Below are positions 45,831 through 59,701 of a stretch of 64,000 bases of DNA, one piece after another. The translations under genes and the position numbers were made by a program. Under the pieces are notes generated by a model that was given only the letters and a program-made list of their open reading frames with translations, had not been told where the DNA came from and did no database searches. Numbering within the stretch: the stretch's first letter is position 1; each line of letters opens with the position of its first letter. Origin of the DNA: Heteronotia binoei (lineage: Eukaryota); contig NC_083224.1 in assembly GCF_032191835.1 (NCBI RefSeq), forward strand, positions 97,836,001 to 97,900,000. The letters run 5' to 3'.

Positions 45831-47400
45831 TTCGGGCAGTTACAAGAATGAACAAATTCAGTTTTGGGGCCTAATTGTTGGGCTGCCCATCTTTGTGATG
45901 TGGGTGCTGCTACAAACTCGCTGTGGTTGGTTTTTGTACCACATCAATATGTATAGAAGTTCTAATTAATGCATCTGCAGCAGAGCCACTTATAGTGGTG
46001 TAGAAAGTATAAGTGAGGGCCCATAAAATTTGTGGGGGGGGACACTCTTGATGAGCTCAGTGTGCTCAGGCTCTTCAGCAGCTGTAGCTGGATCGAGCAT
46101 GGAGCTCTGGGTGCCACTGTCAGGCCCAGCCCAGCTTCTGGGCTTCAGTGGCAGCCTGCCCGGCACAGCTCTCAGGCTGTGCTGGCAGCAGCATGCCTAG
46201 CATTTCTCCTAGGCTGTGTAGTCCCTGTCAAGCCCAGCACTACTCTCAGGCTGTGGGACCACTGCCACTGGGCTCAGTGTGGAGCCCCAGGCTGTGCAGC
46301 CACTGATCACCTGAGACAAGTGCAAAGAACACTACTTTATTTTTCAGGGGATTTAACACCCCCCCCCCCCCCCGGTATATTTTCTTCTCCTGATTTTTTT
46401 GCAAACCTAGGGAGTTTCTGTGAACAGCTGCCTCCGTTTCCAGGCATGGATCTGTTGTAATGAGTCTTTGCCACATAATGTATTGAATTAGGCTTTCAGG
46501 TTGCTAGTCAATGGAATGCCAGGAGGGGCACTAACATGTTGGGCCTTGGTTCAAGGAAGATTAACAAATCATTTGACCAAACCTCGCTGTGTTGATGAAC
46601 CAATTCACTTTTATGGAGGCTGATACAACTGAATAACTGACACTGGTGTAATCTCTGTATGAAATCATTAAAAGTTTATTAGCATGACTGGAAATAAAGA
46701 AGAACATTGCAAGCTCTAAAAACCATTGACTCATTGAACTACACGAATGCTGGCATTTAAGACGGTGTTGCATTATTGGGTTTTTGTGATAATTGTATAC
46801 AGTTATTTGCCTAGGGGAAGCAGTTGCTCTAAGAAAACAATATTGGATGCATAAGATATCTCTTGTTGAACTGTTTTGCTCAGTGGACACCAGAGAAGGG
46901 GAGTCGTCTCACCCCACTATAGTTAGTCTACCCCCACGCACTTCAGTTTTGTTACTATATGGCATACCACAGTGAGGCCAAGAAATCCCTACTCTCTTCT
47001 TTCCAGTTGATTGCACGATGTATGTAAACAGAGCAGCCTGATAAATCCTCAGCATTCTCCCACAAAGTGCTTGCTCTGATCACAGCCATTTCCCATCAAG
47101 ACATCTGCAAGTTTGTTGAAAACCCATGTCTATTTCCTCTTATCATCTAATCTATAGGATGAGATACTCAAAGGTGGGTGGGGAGGAGACCCCCCCACAA
47201 TTTAAGCTTTGCTTATACTGTTAGATGCTGCCCACACCATGCAGGCACACCTCACTGCGTCACCAGGAGAGTTCTAGACCTTGTAATTCTAGTTACAGCC
47301 ATCTAAGGGAGCCACCAGTGGTGCTCTTAGTACCATTAATTATTGCTTGGCTTGATGTATTCCTGCATGTGTTAGTTCAGGAAGGTTACAAATAGTATTG

Positions 47401-47520
47401 TTAGCTCTTGGGGTGAGGTACAATAAAAGAATCCAGGGAAAGTTGCTTCTTGGAAGAGCTGTTCTCTGCTTCAAGTACTGGCTTCCTGGCACACAGAGAG
47501 TCCCGTTTCCTCTTGGCAAC
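47401..47520 (-). CDS. MUTYH: MUTYH last coding exon
   Basis: VAKRKRDS...KKQLSLDSFIVPHPKS-TAA; QxxLxxF PIP-like box. Confidence 0.9.
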   Translation of the reverse strand, partial: VAKRKRDSLCARKPVLEAENSSSKKQLSLDSFIVPHPKS

Positions 47521-47789
47521 CTGTTAATGTGCACATGTTTAAACACAGCAGGTGGGTGGGAGGGGGGGGGGAGCCTGCAGCTCTCTACATGCCTGGCACT
47601 TCTAGGCAGCCTTTTCTAAGCAGAGTCAAACAACTAGAAACAATCTGGTTTAGCTAGAAGGAATTGTAATGGACAAGTCACAAGCTGACTGCTTCTGATC
47701 ACAGGACCAGTGTGGAGGTTCAGTAGGAGGGGGGACAAGATGCTACCAATAATCATAAATCTGCCGGTGAGAGAAAAGAATTAACCCAC

Positions 47790-47837
47790 CTTGGAAACAC
47801 TGATTGTAGAGCTCCATTTTTCATAGGCTTTCAAGAC
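47790..47837 (-). CDS. MUTYH: MUTYH exon (48 bp)
   Basis: ttttttcag|VLKAYEKWSSTISVSK|gtgggt. Confidence 0.85.
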
Positions 47838-48217
47838 CTGAAAAAACAAGACAGTTCACAAGATGTTCAAATCATCTTTAGCATTGTAGTGAAGTAAACA
47901 GTTTGAGACTAGTTCCTCTATCCTGGGAGCAGGCTATTGGCAGCTTTCAAAGAAAGTCAACTGTATCAGACATCCCAAAACAGCTTGCTTGAGCCACAGA
48001 GACAGTGAGATTGAGAAAACAGAGTTCCTGGAAGAGGGCCAGGGTATCTCTTATCATTAGCCGTGTACTACCACATTCCTGGTAGTAGTGAAGACTTGTT
48101 CCTTTTCAGGTTTCAGTGGCTAACATTTCTTGTTGTCATCACACATTTAGTACTCTGGAGAAAAGTACATGGATCTAGTGGGAAATCTGAAATAGCTGAT
48201 GCACAGATTCTCAATAC

Positions 48218-48379
48218 CTTCTTCATAGCAGTAGAAACAGCCGAAGTCTGGAATTCTTCTTTGGTCACCCATTTATATGGTGCCGATGCGGCTTCCATTT
48301 TGCAATTTCCTTCATACTTGTCCAGGTTCAAAAAGTAGATTGTGTATGTTTGGCGAATGTGGGAGAAGATATGAAGAAC
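48218..48379 (-). CDS. MUTYH: MUTYH exon (162 bp)
   Basis: VLHIFSHIRQTY...WVTKEEFQTSAVSTAMKK. Confidence 0.95.
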
Positions 48380-48943
48380 CTACAGGACAGGAAGTTTTGC
48401 ATGTGAGGGCAGGGAAGGAAGAAGATCCCATGGCTCAACAGCACCTCCTTCATCTCTTGGCAGGCAGGCAGAACTTCAGAGACTGAACAGCCAGGGTTTG
48501 AATAGAAAAGGACCTCTCCTTAACTCTCAGTCACCATTGCTTCCAGACAAGGAAATAAGAGCGGGTGGTATTGTGTGACCCCAAGCTAAGGATAATCTTG
48601 GAGGTGAATGGCTGGAACATCAAAACTAATTTTACCTGGCCCCTCTGTACTATGACAGAATTTTTTAATCTGTTCCCTTTAGGTACCGATTCATTTGGTA
48701 TTTAGGTAACAAATTTCCTTACTGAATAAAAACAGCCCCATACACTGCACACATCCTGATACCTTGCTAAGATCCTAAATGGCAACACAGCCTCGGCTGC
48801 TACCTCCCTCCACCCCTGCTGGTGGGTTGTAAATACCATGCAGTATAGGGGTGGGGATAGGAATGTTCATGGGGAGATGTGGGTAAACAATGGCCAGTCA
48901 CCAACCTTGATAATACACAAAACATTTAACCCAGCAAATTTAC

Positions 48944-49086
48944 CTCTCCAACGTGCTGCAAGTGTCCCACAGTCACGTCACTGCCAACCCATACTTGAAT
49001 GTGATTGGCCATGGTTGCTTTTTGCTGCTTCTCCTGCCCCGGGCTAAGGAGGAAGCTAGGAAACTCCCACAGCCCTGCCAGCAGAC
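48944..49086 (-). CDS. MUTYH: MUTYH exon (143 bp)
   Basis: GLLAGLWEFPS...LQHVGE. Confidence 0.95.
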
Positions 49087-49862
49087 CTGTGAGAAAAGGC
49101 ACAACTCCATGGTCAGCACAAATTGATATAACATAATTTTTAGAGGCTTGATCTGGAAATCTCTGGTGCAATCTCACCCTGGGTATGAATGAACACAGTG
49201 CCCTCAGAGAAATCTACCTGCTCTTAACCTTAGCTAGAAACAGGATGATTGTAAAAATTCTTGTGATAAGCTATGCTAGATAACTTTTGGCACTTAAGGA
49301 AAGCAATAAACAGTGAAATATTTATTGCTTTACTGAAACTCAGCTTTCCCCTTATCAGGCAGGCAAGACATAGATTAAGGAAATAATGTTTCCATAGTAA
49401 CAGTGCCACTTCCAAGGCTGGCCTTTGCATGCTCTCTGCTGGCTAGTGCAGGAGAAACAGACTGTGCCTTAAATAATTCAGTTTGCTTCCTTTCAGTTTA
49501 GTTGCAACATGAACTTTGAAATCGCTCTCTCAGAAAGATCAGGTTGCCTATTCCCCAGGGTATTAACTTGAGATGGATAGGACCCAGCTCTGATATGCAG
49601 ACATCCAAAGTCTTCAAGCTCTTGCCCAAAATCACCACTGTGTTCCAACTTAGAAGTGGCTGCCTCATTTAAATCAAATGGCTTGAAGGCCTTTACTGGC
49701 AAAGTCAATTGCTCCATACAAGCAATGCAGTTTTCTGACCAAAGGGATATACTGTTTGATATAACATCCAAGTTTACTTAAGATTTATGGGGAACCAAGA
49801 CTGCAAAAATAACTTCAGACTTATCCTCTCTCAACCCCTCCCCCCCCTTATGAACTAGTTAC

Positions 49863-50054
49863 CTGTGCTGGGTCTCTGTACAATAAGGTACTCTGGCTTG
49901 TCGTCATGGCATTTCCTCTGGAGCACACATGTGGCTGTGCTTTCTATCCTAGGCGGTTTCTTGGCAGCTTTCCTGGGGAAGTTGGTCACACCAAGACTAG
50001 GGTCCCACAGTTCTGAAGGAGGCAGGCAAAGGGAGCAACTTCCTGCAGGGCTGT
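49863..50054 (-). CDS. MUTYH: MUTYH exon (192 bp)
   Basis: [46 protein letters not shown]...YLIVQRPST. Confidence 0.94.
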
Positions 50055-51559
50055 CTACATATCAGAAGAACAGAGCAGGTAAGATGCTTGGTTCTGAAGT
50101 CCTAGCAAAACCCCAGTGATTTCAGGCATATTCTGTAGTAGCAGGGTTTAAGTTGCTAAGGCTTGGCAATACAAGCCAGAACTCATCTGACATTGCCTAC
50201 CTCGTGATGGCAACGTTCACCCAGGCCAAATCCCCTATGAGAACGTGACTCTAAAGATTTTTGCAACGAACATTTAGGGGCTTGAACCACAAAACACCTG
50301 AACTGTTCTTTTAAGCAGTTATTCAGAGATAGGAGAGTTCAGAAGACCACCTAATTTGATGTGCCACCCAACCACCAGCCCGTAAAGATCAATCTATACA
50401 ACCAAGACAATACAATAACGTATCAAAAGCAGTGAGTGTCTTGCAGAAAGTTATCTATAGCACAAATAACCCCAAGACAAAACATACTGGGGATAGCAAA
50501 TCTGTTGCCCCTATCATTCCTTTGCTGCTGCTTCTGATTCAGTTAAGACTAAGCACCAATCTATTTTTTAAAAAATGCTCTGCCTTTCTAATAGCTTACA
50601 ACATAACAGAAAAAAAATCCATAAAATAATGTTAAACTTCCTGTAAACAAGATGAAGTTATAACCACCCAAGGCAACACTATCATGAATCATCATAAAAA
50701 ACCTACTCAGACAAAAAAGCTGTGTACTTCTTTCAGAAAACTGGGTCAAGGCTCAGTCTCCTGCTTTTGTCCCTCACATGCACTGGTTCAGTGTCTTGGG
50801 GGCTTTTAAACTGAGAAACCCAAGAGCTGAGTATCATCAGTATATTGATGGCACCTCAATATACAGTTGTAGACTCTCTCATCCAAACACCACACAGAAC
50901 TGTTCAGTGCTAATACTGACTGCAGAGGAATATTCCCTATGAATGGCACAGTCTTTTTTCATGGCCACTTTTGGAGAATTAAAGGTGAAAAAACAAATCA
51001 GAGCCCGATCAAAACCATCTCTAGAACACCTACGGTTTTGTTAATCCACCCTAGGAGAATCTGGCAGTTCATAGCACTGAATGCTGCTGAGCAGTCTAGG
51101 AAAACCAACAAAGTATTCCTCTTGTCCATTTCCAAATGCTGGTAGTCTAGAAGGACTATCAAGACAGTCTTGGCTCCAAAACCAGATTGAAATGTACGTT
51201 CAATCTAGTCAAGTGAGTTTTACGCATGCAGGCTTCCTGGAGCTTGAAGGCCATTAGATACTTAATCCATTTTATACTAGAAAGAGAAGGCTGGTCTATA
51301 GCTAGTGGGGTCATCTGAACAGAAGGATCACTATATCAGAAGGATTTGTTGGTTGCAAGTTTGGTTTTCCCCTTCCTATAAATCAAGTATGTTGAATAAA
51401 AAGAAGAACAGTGGGTGGAAGGGAAAAGATGAAAAGAGATGTGTTTGGAGTCATGAGCTGTTGGGGTTTTTTTCCCCTCCACTCTGAAAAAACTTTGAAA
51501 GAATGCAACTCTATATCCCAAAAAGTCATCCTGAAGTATCAAACCTTCTCAGCACTTAC

Positions 51560-51647
51560 CACACTCTTCTACATCCAGCACCCAGGAACACTTAGAGGCA
51601 GTTCTTTCTGTCAGTCTTTTGGCAGAGTCCTCCAGCTCCTTCTCCAC
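51560..51647 (-). CDS. MUTYH: MUTYH exon (88 bp)
   Basis: VEKELEDSAKRLTERTASKCSWVLDVEEC; ctgcag|gtg ... tgtg|gtaag. Confidence 0.92.
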
Positions 51648-51973
51648 CTGCAGAAGAGAATGTCTGTGTGTCAGAATGTCAGAAGAGAATGTCTGTCTGT
51701 GACAGCCAGAGGTGTGTGTCTAATAATCTGGTACATTTTTAGTCTGCCTTTCCTCCAATGAGCTCAGGGTGGGGTACATTTTTTCTGCTTTCCTTCATTT
51801 AAGCTCACAACAGTCTTGTGAGGTAGGTTAGGCTGAGAAAAAGAGAGACTTGCTCAAGATTGCTTATTGAGCTTTGTGGCAAAGTGGGGACTTGAACCTG
51901 GTTCTTCCAGATCCTAAGCTTACATTCTACACTAAGCTGGTTCTTCAGGCTTCCTCCAGAACTCCCACAACTC

Positions 51974-52446
51974 TTAATACAAGCGGTGTCTGCAATTAGA
52001 ATAATCTTTGCGAAATATTGGAAATTGCATGAAATACCAACAAAAGAACTATTAGCTAAGCTACTAGACCTTGCAGAAATGGATACCTTGTCAGCTAGAG
52101 TGAAAGATGTTAATCTGTGTGAAACAAAAAAAATATGGGAACCATTATATAATTGGTTATGGTACACTGTATAAACTTCCAAAATAAGAAAATATGATAT
52201 AAGACAAATATTGCCGTATAAAAATATATTCTTGTTTTAGTAGGAGTTTTAAGAGATGTTGATGATTATTGAATCACAAGATGGAAACGCAGAAAAAATG
52301 TTATAAGATGAATGATCTTGGTTACGAAGATCTGAGATGTATAAGTAGAAATATTACGAAACTTTTCAAATTCATTTACCTTGCCCTTTCCCCTTCCCTT
52401 TTACCCCCTTCCTATTTTACCTGAAACGTAATAAAATTATTTAAAA
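51974..52446 (+). mobile_element. Short 5'-truncated L1 in a MUTYH intron
   Basis: ORF2 tail SAIRIIFAKYWK...AEMDTL...WEPLYNW. AATAAA near the 3' end. Perfect 17-bp TSD cagaactcccacaactc (51957-51973, 52447-52463). Confidence 0.9.
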
Positions 52447-52574
52447 CAGAACTCCCACAACTCCAACAAAAAACCATATGTTAAATCCGTCACAATGTCA
52501 CGATCTAAACCAACCTAAGTTAGAATAGAACTGAGAAATATATGATACATGCCCAATGCTAAGAAAAATTATTT

Positions 52575-54139
52575 TCACTCTATTGGAACGGATCTACCTA
52601 GTCAAGTCTTTGATCTTGCCTAAGATAGTGTTTTATTTGCGTGCTGTCCCTCTACATATCCCGGCATCTTTGCTGCATAAATGGCAGACTCAAGTGAATG
52701 GATTTGTATGGCAACATCGGAAGCCAAGGCTTTATTTTGCGTCTTGCAGGCGATCTACTTTGAGGGGTGGTTTAACGGTCCCAGATATCTCCAGATATCA
52801 TGATGCTATCATCCTCTCCACCTTAATTAAATATTACAGGCCTTCCTATGTGGCAGACTGGAAGCTGATTGAAAACTCCTATCTTAAGACCTCTTCTTTT
52901 CAGGAGGAGCTCTGGGGCATCTCTAGATGGGCTAAGTCTTCTTTTTCTTCCATTCCTTTTCTAGCTTCTCTCCTGCAAGTTTGGCGCAAACACTGCAAAC
53001 TGCTAGCCCCCCCCCCCCCAACTTAGCCACATTTGTCGGTCAACCCTGGTTTACTCCAGGTTTGAATAAACACTCTTTCACATCATGGAAACAGTTGCTG
53101 CTGACCCGCTTTGCTGATGTCCGCTCCAACAGGGTTCTGAAAGATAAAGTGACCTTGGAGGCAAACTCTGAAATTCGACTTCCCTGGTTTGAGTACCTGC
53201 AGCTTAAGCATTTATTAGACACTCATCACTTTAGCCCTTCCTTGCGGATTCATCTTGGGGAGTTTGAGAAATATTTGTATAGTGATGAAACCCCTATTAA
53301 GGGATTGATATCGAAAATTTACAAACTGTTACTCCACTCCGTTGACACAAAACCGCACTCCTATCAAGGGGCCTGGCACCGAGATCTGGGCACCGAGCGA
53401 ACTAAGGAGCAGTGGCAGGTTATTTGGGGCTCCTCCATATATAAAACGAAGGCACTAAATGTGCAACTTCAAGCCATTAAAGTTCTCACACGCTGGTATA
53501 TGACTCCAGCACAATTATCACACTCTTCCTCTACTTCACCTCTTTGTTTTAAGAACTGCGGCCAGAGAGGCACATTTTTCCACTCCTGGTGGCTCTGCCC
53601 CGTCATACAAAGCTTTTGGAGGCTAATTTACCAAGAAGTGCATGCCCTCACCTCATACTCTCCACCATTCACGCCAGAGTACGCTCCTCTGAACCTTGCA
53701 GGCGCCTCACGCGCTCCTGACCACACAGAAGAACTAGTTTCACACATGTTCGTAGCAGCTAAATTCGCAATTGCCCTGGTTTGGAAGCAACAAACTCCTC
53801 CTTCGAGACAGGCATGGTGGCTGAAATTGTGGGATTATTTTGTCTTAGATAAGCTCACCTATGATTTGGATCCTCGTTGCTCCTCCCAAACCGCTTCCCT
53901 AGACTTTATGTGCAAATGGCGTCCCTTTATTGATAAAGTCTCGAAGGACAGCAGGAACCCTAATGACTCATACCATGCTATTTTGATGTCATGTCAACTA
54001 ATGTTGTAATTAGCCTTTAATAGCTAACCTTGTATGTTTCCATTTCCCTATTTTATATTGGTACATGCTACACATCTGTTGATGTCTCATCACTATTGTA
54101 CCTTGAACTTTATATTAATAAAGCTTTTCAAAATTAAAA
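52575..54139 (+). mobile_element. 5'-truncated L1 (different subfamily) in a MUTYH intron
   Basis: LLERIYLVKSLILPK, FVWQHRKPR, RWYMTP, CFKNC...HSWWLC. AATAAA plus A-tail. TSD aaaaattattt (52564-52574, 54140-54150). Frameshift in a C-run near 53010. Confidence 0.9.
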
Positions 54140-54524
54140 AAAAATTATTTGAGAGATAAAGTAATATAGAAGAAACCTGTGCTTTAGAATCTGATGGAGA
54201 AGAAAAGTTATTCTTTAGGATTTTTATTAGATTCACAATGCAGTGCTATGCAGGAGTTTCTCCAGTCTACATGCATGAATTTCAAGGTATTTATAGGTAT
54301 AGGGCAGTCTTCTCTTTCAGTAACTCTGAAAATGATTGCACTGTAAGTGTCCTTCCACACAGTGATGGTGGGCATACATATATTTTAATTTTTATTAAAG
54401 TTTAAGACAAGTGGCAGCTGGGCCAAATCCATCATAGAACAAATTCCTTCCTGTCAGACATCAGTTTGACTTCACAACAAAACAAATTCTTGTGCAGGGA
54501 AAAGAGAAAAAGGTGCCCACTTAC

Positions 54525-54669
54525 CCTGTGGTGAGCTCTGCAGTGCTGCCTCACAGGACATTCCATGCACAGCGGGACTCTGGGAGTGCACACTGTTGCC
54601 CCCAATTCCATCATAGCTTGGTTAAAGTCACCTGGACAGGCTGGATCCACCAGCATGTGTGATAAAGCC
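54525..54669 (-). CDS. MUTYH: MUTYH exon (145 bp, Fe-S cluster loop)
   Basis: [48 protein letters not shown]. Confidence 0.96.
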
Positions 54670-55255
54670 CTAAGACCAACGGCAACCTACATTGGTAAGT
54701 ACAACAGGGAAGCTCAAGGCAGCCAGGAGAAAGACATTCTGAGCCTTCTCTGTCTACAACCACAGTCAGGGGAAGGATGCAGAGAAGTGCATCCAGGTAA
54801 ACTCTGTGTGAATTAAGGGACTGAGAAAATGAAGTACAAGTTTTGCATAGAACTGTCTTAGCAACATGCAGTAGGAAAGTACTGCTTAAGAAGGTAGACA
54901 GTTCACTAGTGTCTAACAGAGTCTGATGGTCCTGGAAGAATCCTGGCAGTTATTTCTGTGATTGCTTCTTTTTTTCTTAAAGAGACCACCTTGTCCTAAA
55001 CTATGTAAACAGTATCTTCTAGACTCACTGTAATGGACTGCACTTTAAAATCTTTTAAGTGCTGTGTAAACACGTAAAGAACTGTGAAGGGTTAATTTCT
55101 CACAGAGCCAGAGAGCCTTGAGTGACAGGCTGCAGAAAACGATCTGATTGGCTGGCATCAATTGAGCAGAAAGTTTTCTGAATATTGAGAATTCAGTCTG
55201 AGTCTAGCCCTAATGGAAGAGTGTAGTACTGACAGGGTTTATGCTTAGCTCAGAC

Positions 55256-55520
55256 AGAAGAAGAAGAATTGCAGATTTATACCCCGCCCTTCTCACTGAA
55301 TCAGAGAGGCTTACAATCTTCTATGTCTTCTCTCCCCACAACAGACACCCTGTGAGGTGGGTGGGGTTGAGAGGGCTCTCACAGCGGCTGCCCTTTCAAG
55401 GACAAGTCCTGCAATAGCTATGGCTAACCCAAGGCCATTCCAGCAGGTGCAAGTGGAGGAGTGAGGAATCAAACCTGGCTCTCCCAGATAAGAGTCCGCA
55501 CACTTAACTACTACACCAAC
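55256..55520 (-). mobile_element. tRNA-derived SINE copy
   Basis: Reverse-complement homolog of 43308-43579. Confidence 0.85.
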
Positions 55521-56887
55521 AGGGTACTGAGGAGTGGGTAGTCAGATAAATATTGGCAGGAGTGGGTAGTCAGATAAATATTCTCATTCAGGCAAGAAAA
55601 GGGGATAGATCTTCAGTGAGAAAATAATTTCCTTACCCAGTTAAAACAGGTAGATAGTTCTGAAGAGTGGATAAATCCCTGCTCTGGTGTGTTTAGAAAC
55701 TGCCTTTTAAACCCTGAGGAGTCAGTTATAACTCAAGAATAGTACTGGTGTGTTTAGTGAAGGAGTTTGGGTACTGGATGGAGTACCCAAACTTCTGGAA
55801 ACCAAAAGAGCCAGATATGCTAAAGAAAGTACACTGGAGTGTGTGGGCAACACTAAAACAAAAGCCTCTCATTTTAAAGATTCTAAGTCACTCTCAATTG
55901 CTTGAAACATATGAACTGTAGTCTGTGCCTATATTGAATTACCTCAAAGTTCTATATTTATTTACCTCAGAAACATTACCCCTGATTTTACCTGAACTTT
56001 ACCCTCTACATTGAATAAAGTATTTTGCTATTTTTGAACTTCAAAAAGCCTTGAGTGCCATTTCAGTGGTTTAAGTTAAAGGGGGATCTCAACCCTTCTC
56101 TCAGGTTCCATGGCTGAGTCGGCAGTAAAATGGCATACTGTGACAGGGTGGGACAGCCACTATTCTTCAGAAAGGAAGAAAACAGATTCAAAGGGCTGCT
56201 CAGTGAGAAAGGGAAAGAAAAACAGAGGGAAAATCTTGCCTCTGAGGGAGGAAAGTGTGCAAGGTTGTCATACTCACCTTAAAGGGGTTTTTTATTGGGG
56301 GTGCAGTCCCCAAAGATTTATTTGTAAGCTTTGTGTAGTGTCCCCCTTCTACAGCCCCTAACTTTTGCCAGGAACAATTCTCACCCTAATCCTGACAGTA
56401 CTTGGCTGGTAGTTAGTCTTACTGATTTGAGTGGAATTTATTTATTTAAATATTTATAACCCACCTTTCTTGATGGCTCAAGGCAATTTACAAATTTTAA
56501 AAAGCAAAACAAAATACAACCAACTCCCATGTAACCCCCCTGCTAAAAATGCAGGCTGCTTGCATCCCTTTGCCCCAACTGTCCTTCCCCCTGTCCCATC
56601 CCCAGTTCCTAGTCGTACAGAACACCACATTTTTTCAGTGCAGAAATTACAGCCTTTTGATTTCAAGGATCAAGCCCCCTTGCTCCACATCAGTGGACGT
56701 GGCTAATCCAGACTCAGGAACCTCTGCCTAAATTACTAGAGAGGAAGACCACTTTAAAACATTCTGCGTTCATTAAAGGGCTAGGTAGGAACCATCCAAA
56801 CGAGTAGGATCTTGCCAGGTAGCTGCCATTATTCTCTACCTGGGATTTCAGATGAGAAATAAGAGATAAAAATCTGTCTCCTTATCT

Positions 56888-57165
56888 AGAAGAGAAGATA
56901 TTGGATTTATATCCCGCCCTCCACTCCGAAGAGTCTCAGAGCGGCTCACAATCTCCTTTACCTTCCTCCCCCACAACAGACACCCTGTGAGGTGGGTGAG
57001 GCTGGAGAGGGCTCTCACAGCAGCTGCCCTTTCAAGGACAACCTCTGCCAGAGCTATGGCTGACCCAAGACCATTCCAGCAGCTGCAAGTGGAGGAGTGG
57101 GGAATCAAACCCGGTTCTCCCAGATAAGAGTCCGCACACTTAACCACTACACCAAACTGGCTCTC
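56888..57165 (-). mobile_element. tRNA-derived SINE copy
   Basis: Near-identical reverse complement of 43308-43579; ctccttat occurs at both ends. Confidence 0.88.
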
Positions 57166-57228
57166 CTTATTTAACCAATGCATCATAAAGTTACACCTGC
57201 ACTATTACAACCACATCCCTTTTCTTAC

Positions 57229-57326
57229 CAGAATCTATCAGTAACACCAGAATTGCTGGGGTCAGCCCCAATGGCTCTTACACGGCACAAGACCCGAATT
57301 ACATTTCCATCCACCACACCTGTCAC
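57229..57326 (-). CDS. MUTYH: MUTYH exon (98 bp)
   Basis: [33 protein letters not shown]. Confidence 0.96.
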
Positions 57327-57725
57327 CTGAAAGTATTGAGCAACAACAACAGTCAGTGATCATCCTTGTAAGAGTTCATACTGAAGTGTCACTTAGCCAA
57401 GGGAAAGGCTACATAAGGCTACATTTGCTTATAAATCTACAGCATTGTTATCGAATACGATAGATAATAGGTCCCAATCTTTTAGTAAATCATTGTATCT
57501 TCCCACTTGTTGAACTTTTCCAGTGCGATTACCAAGAGAAGTACAACTCAATTCATGATCTTTAATGGCATTCTAAAGACCTCCCCACACAAGCAAATAT
57601 GGAATCAGCTGCAAAGAATAGTTGGGCAGAGAAGAGAGGTCTATGTCCCTCAACTGATGGTGGGTTCCGTGTGTTCTGCTTCATGCATATTCTCTAAGGC
57701 CTAACAAGAGTGCAACCTTATTCAC

Positions 57726-57839
57726 CTGGCCAAATGCTATGGATGCAATAGCTCCTGCAGTGTACTTCCCTACTCCTGGCAACAGCTTCTGCAGCTCCTC
57801 TGCTGTCCTGGGCATATGACCCGCCATCTCTGATACAAT
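57726..57839 (-). CDS. MUTYH: MUTYH exon (114 bp, HhH)
   Basis: [38 protein letters not shown]. Confidence 0.96.
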
Positions 57840-58787
57840 CTGCAAAAAATCAGTGAATTTATTTATTCACTTCATTTATACCCTGCCTTTCTCCACACTG
57901 GGTTATGTCACCCGGCAATTTCATTATGCACATCTCTAGTTTATATGGAAACATATAACTGCCAACACAACAATCAGTGCAGTGAATTAGGGACAATCCA
58001 AACAAAAGTAAGGAAGTGATACAGTGGCAGGCAAATCTGCTATGAAAAGGGCAGCTATGCAAAGGCCAGCTTAGCAACAGAGGGCGTGCTACACAACGAA
58101 CAACAGTAGCCAGCTGTGCCCACAGGAGCCAAAGCCACAAGAGCAGCAACATTAACAAGGACCACCTTTTTATATACACTGCTTTTGCTCACACCAGCCT
58201 TTTAACAAGGACATGATCCAACTACTGAGTGTAACAGTGGTGGGGGAAGTATCTATACAGGCATAACAATGTGTCAGTACAGTGCAGCATCTCATGCATT
58301 GGAACAGGATATAGAAAAGCCTTTTCCATATCTGTACTTGGCTATAAAAGCTCATTACATGGCCAAATTATTTTCTCCCATCCTAAAATACCCTGCTCAG
58401 TCTTGGGTAGCTAAAATATTCCTCTGAAATTCTTGGGAGGAAGGTGGGACACAAACGTAATACATGTATTTGAAGATCTTACCCATAAATTTTTAATTTA
58501 CCTTCAGAGAGCTGCTCAGAGTAGGTCCTCAATAGTAAGCTCTTTGTAGATCCTGATCTTGTCATCTAAGAACATTTTCCACTCTCCTACTAGTCAGACA
58601 AACTATGACATGAGTAACAAGAGCTAATTATCTGCTCTGGCTCCCTTCGAAAGTGGCTATCTATAGTCAACAACCTTCTTTATCTCCAGTCATTAAAGGA
58701 TGGGGATGATTCCCCTTGCCAAAACCAAACCCCACCAAGCTACATGCACACAAACAAAGACTGATCCATGCCTATAGAGTACGGTAC

Positions 58788-58859
58788 CTTACGTGCACCT
58801 TCCTGGAGCCGCTTCCCTCGAGAATAGTAGCCAAGCCCTGCCCATAGTTCATTCACTTC
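58788..58859 (-). CDS. MUTYH: MUTYH exon (72 bp)
   Basis: [24 protein letters not shown]. Confidence 0.96.
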
Positions 58860-58996
58860 CTATTCCCAAACAGAAGGAGATGTTAGAGGAAAGCTGAACA
58901 AGGGGAAGGAAAGATTGGTCCTTCTTGAATACATGCAAGTGTACTCTTGTGTATCTGTGTGGAAACACAGTTACAATCTTGCATTCTCTTTCTTAC

Positions 58997-59038
58997 CTCC
59001 AGTGAAGCTCCAGCTAAATCCTGTAAGGTTGGCCATTT
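58997..59038 (-). CDS. MUTYH: MUTYH exon (42 bp)
   Basis: [14 protein letters not shown]. Confidence 0.95.
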
Positions 59039-59152
59039 CTGCATCACAAAGAAAAAGAGCAGCTTGTTTACTGATCTGCAAAACAGATGGCATGAACCTG
59101 TTCCAAAAACCAAAAGCAAATGAGAAGTTGCCACAGGGTAATTTAGCATCAC

Positions 59153-59226
59153 CTGCATCCAGCGATTGTAGTAACTGATCACAGAAGCCACTTGTGTCTG
59201 TTGGAGCATGATCTCAGATACCCACA
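59153..59226 (-). CDS. MUTYH: MUTYH exon (74 bp)
   Basis: [25 protein letters not shown]. Confidence 0.96.
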
Positions 59227-59701
59227 CTGCAAACACATACCAGAAAATGTATGCATTAGGGATTCTCTGATTCCTTTCAGAACCTTCGCAGTCTTGCCTA
59301 GCAAACAGGAGTTGCTGCTCCGGGAATAATAGAATAGAAAGGAAACTATTGGTCTATTTTAGTATCCCTCAATTGCAGTGAGGCAATGCAGCTGAGGATA
59401 ACTAATTCTGCTTGCCATTTTCTTCTTTCCCTTTGACTGGTGCTGACCACATGTTGTGGCTGTATGGATTTGCTGCCTTGCTTTTTTCTGGGACCCCAAA
59501 TTACTCTAACTGGGCTTAGTAGGTGAAATACACAAAATGATTTTCCCCGCAGTGAAACAGATTACCCACCCCTTGCCTACACATCCCTGAAGCTGCCAGC
59601 AGGACACTTTTATATACTGCTTGTGCAATTGGCTCCAGAGTAGCATAAAGGCAGATCATTGACAGGAATGCCCAGTCAGATTCTTTCACATTCTCTCTCA
59701 C

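Noticed and set aside
48063-48170. Alternative candidate for the penultimate MUTYH exon
   Set aside because: Stops in the relevant frames; 47790-47837 fits phase and homology.
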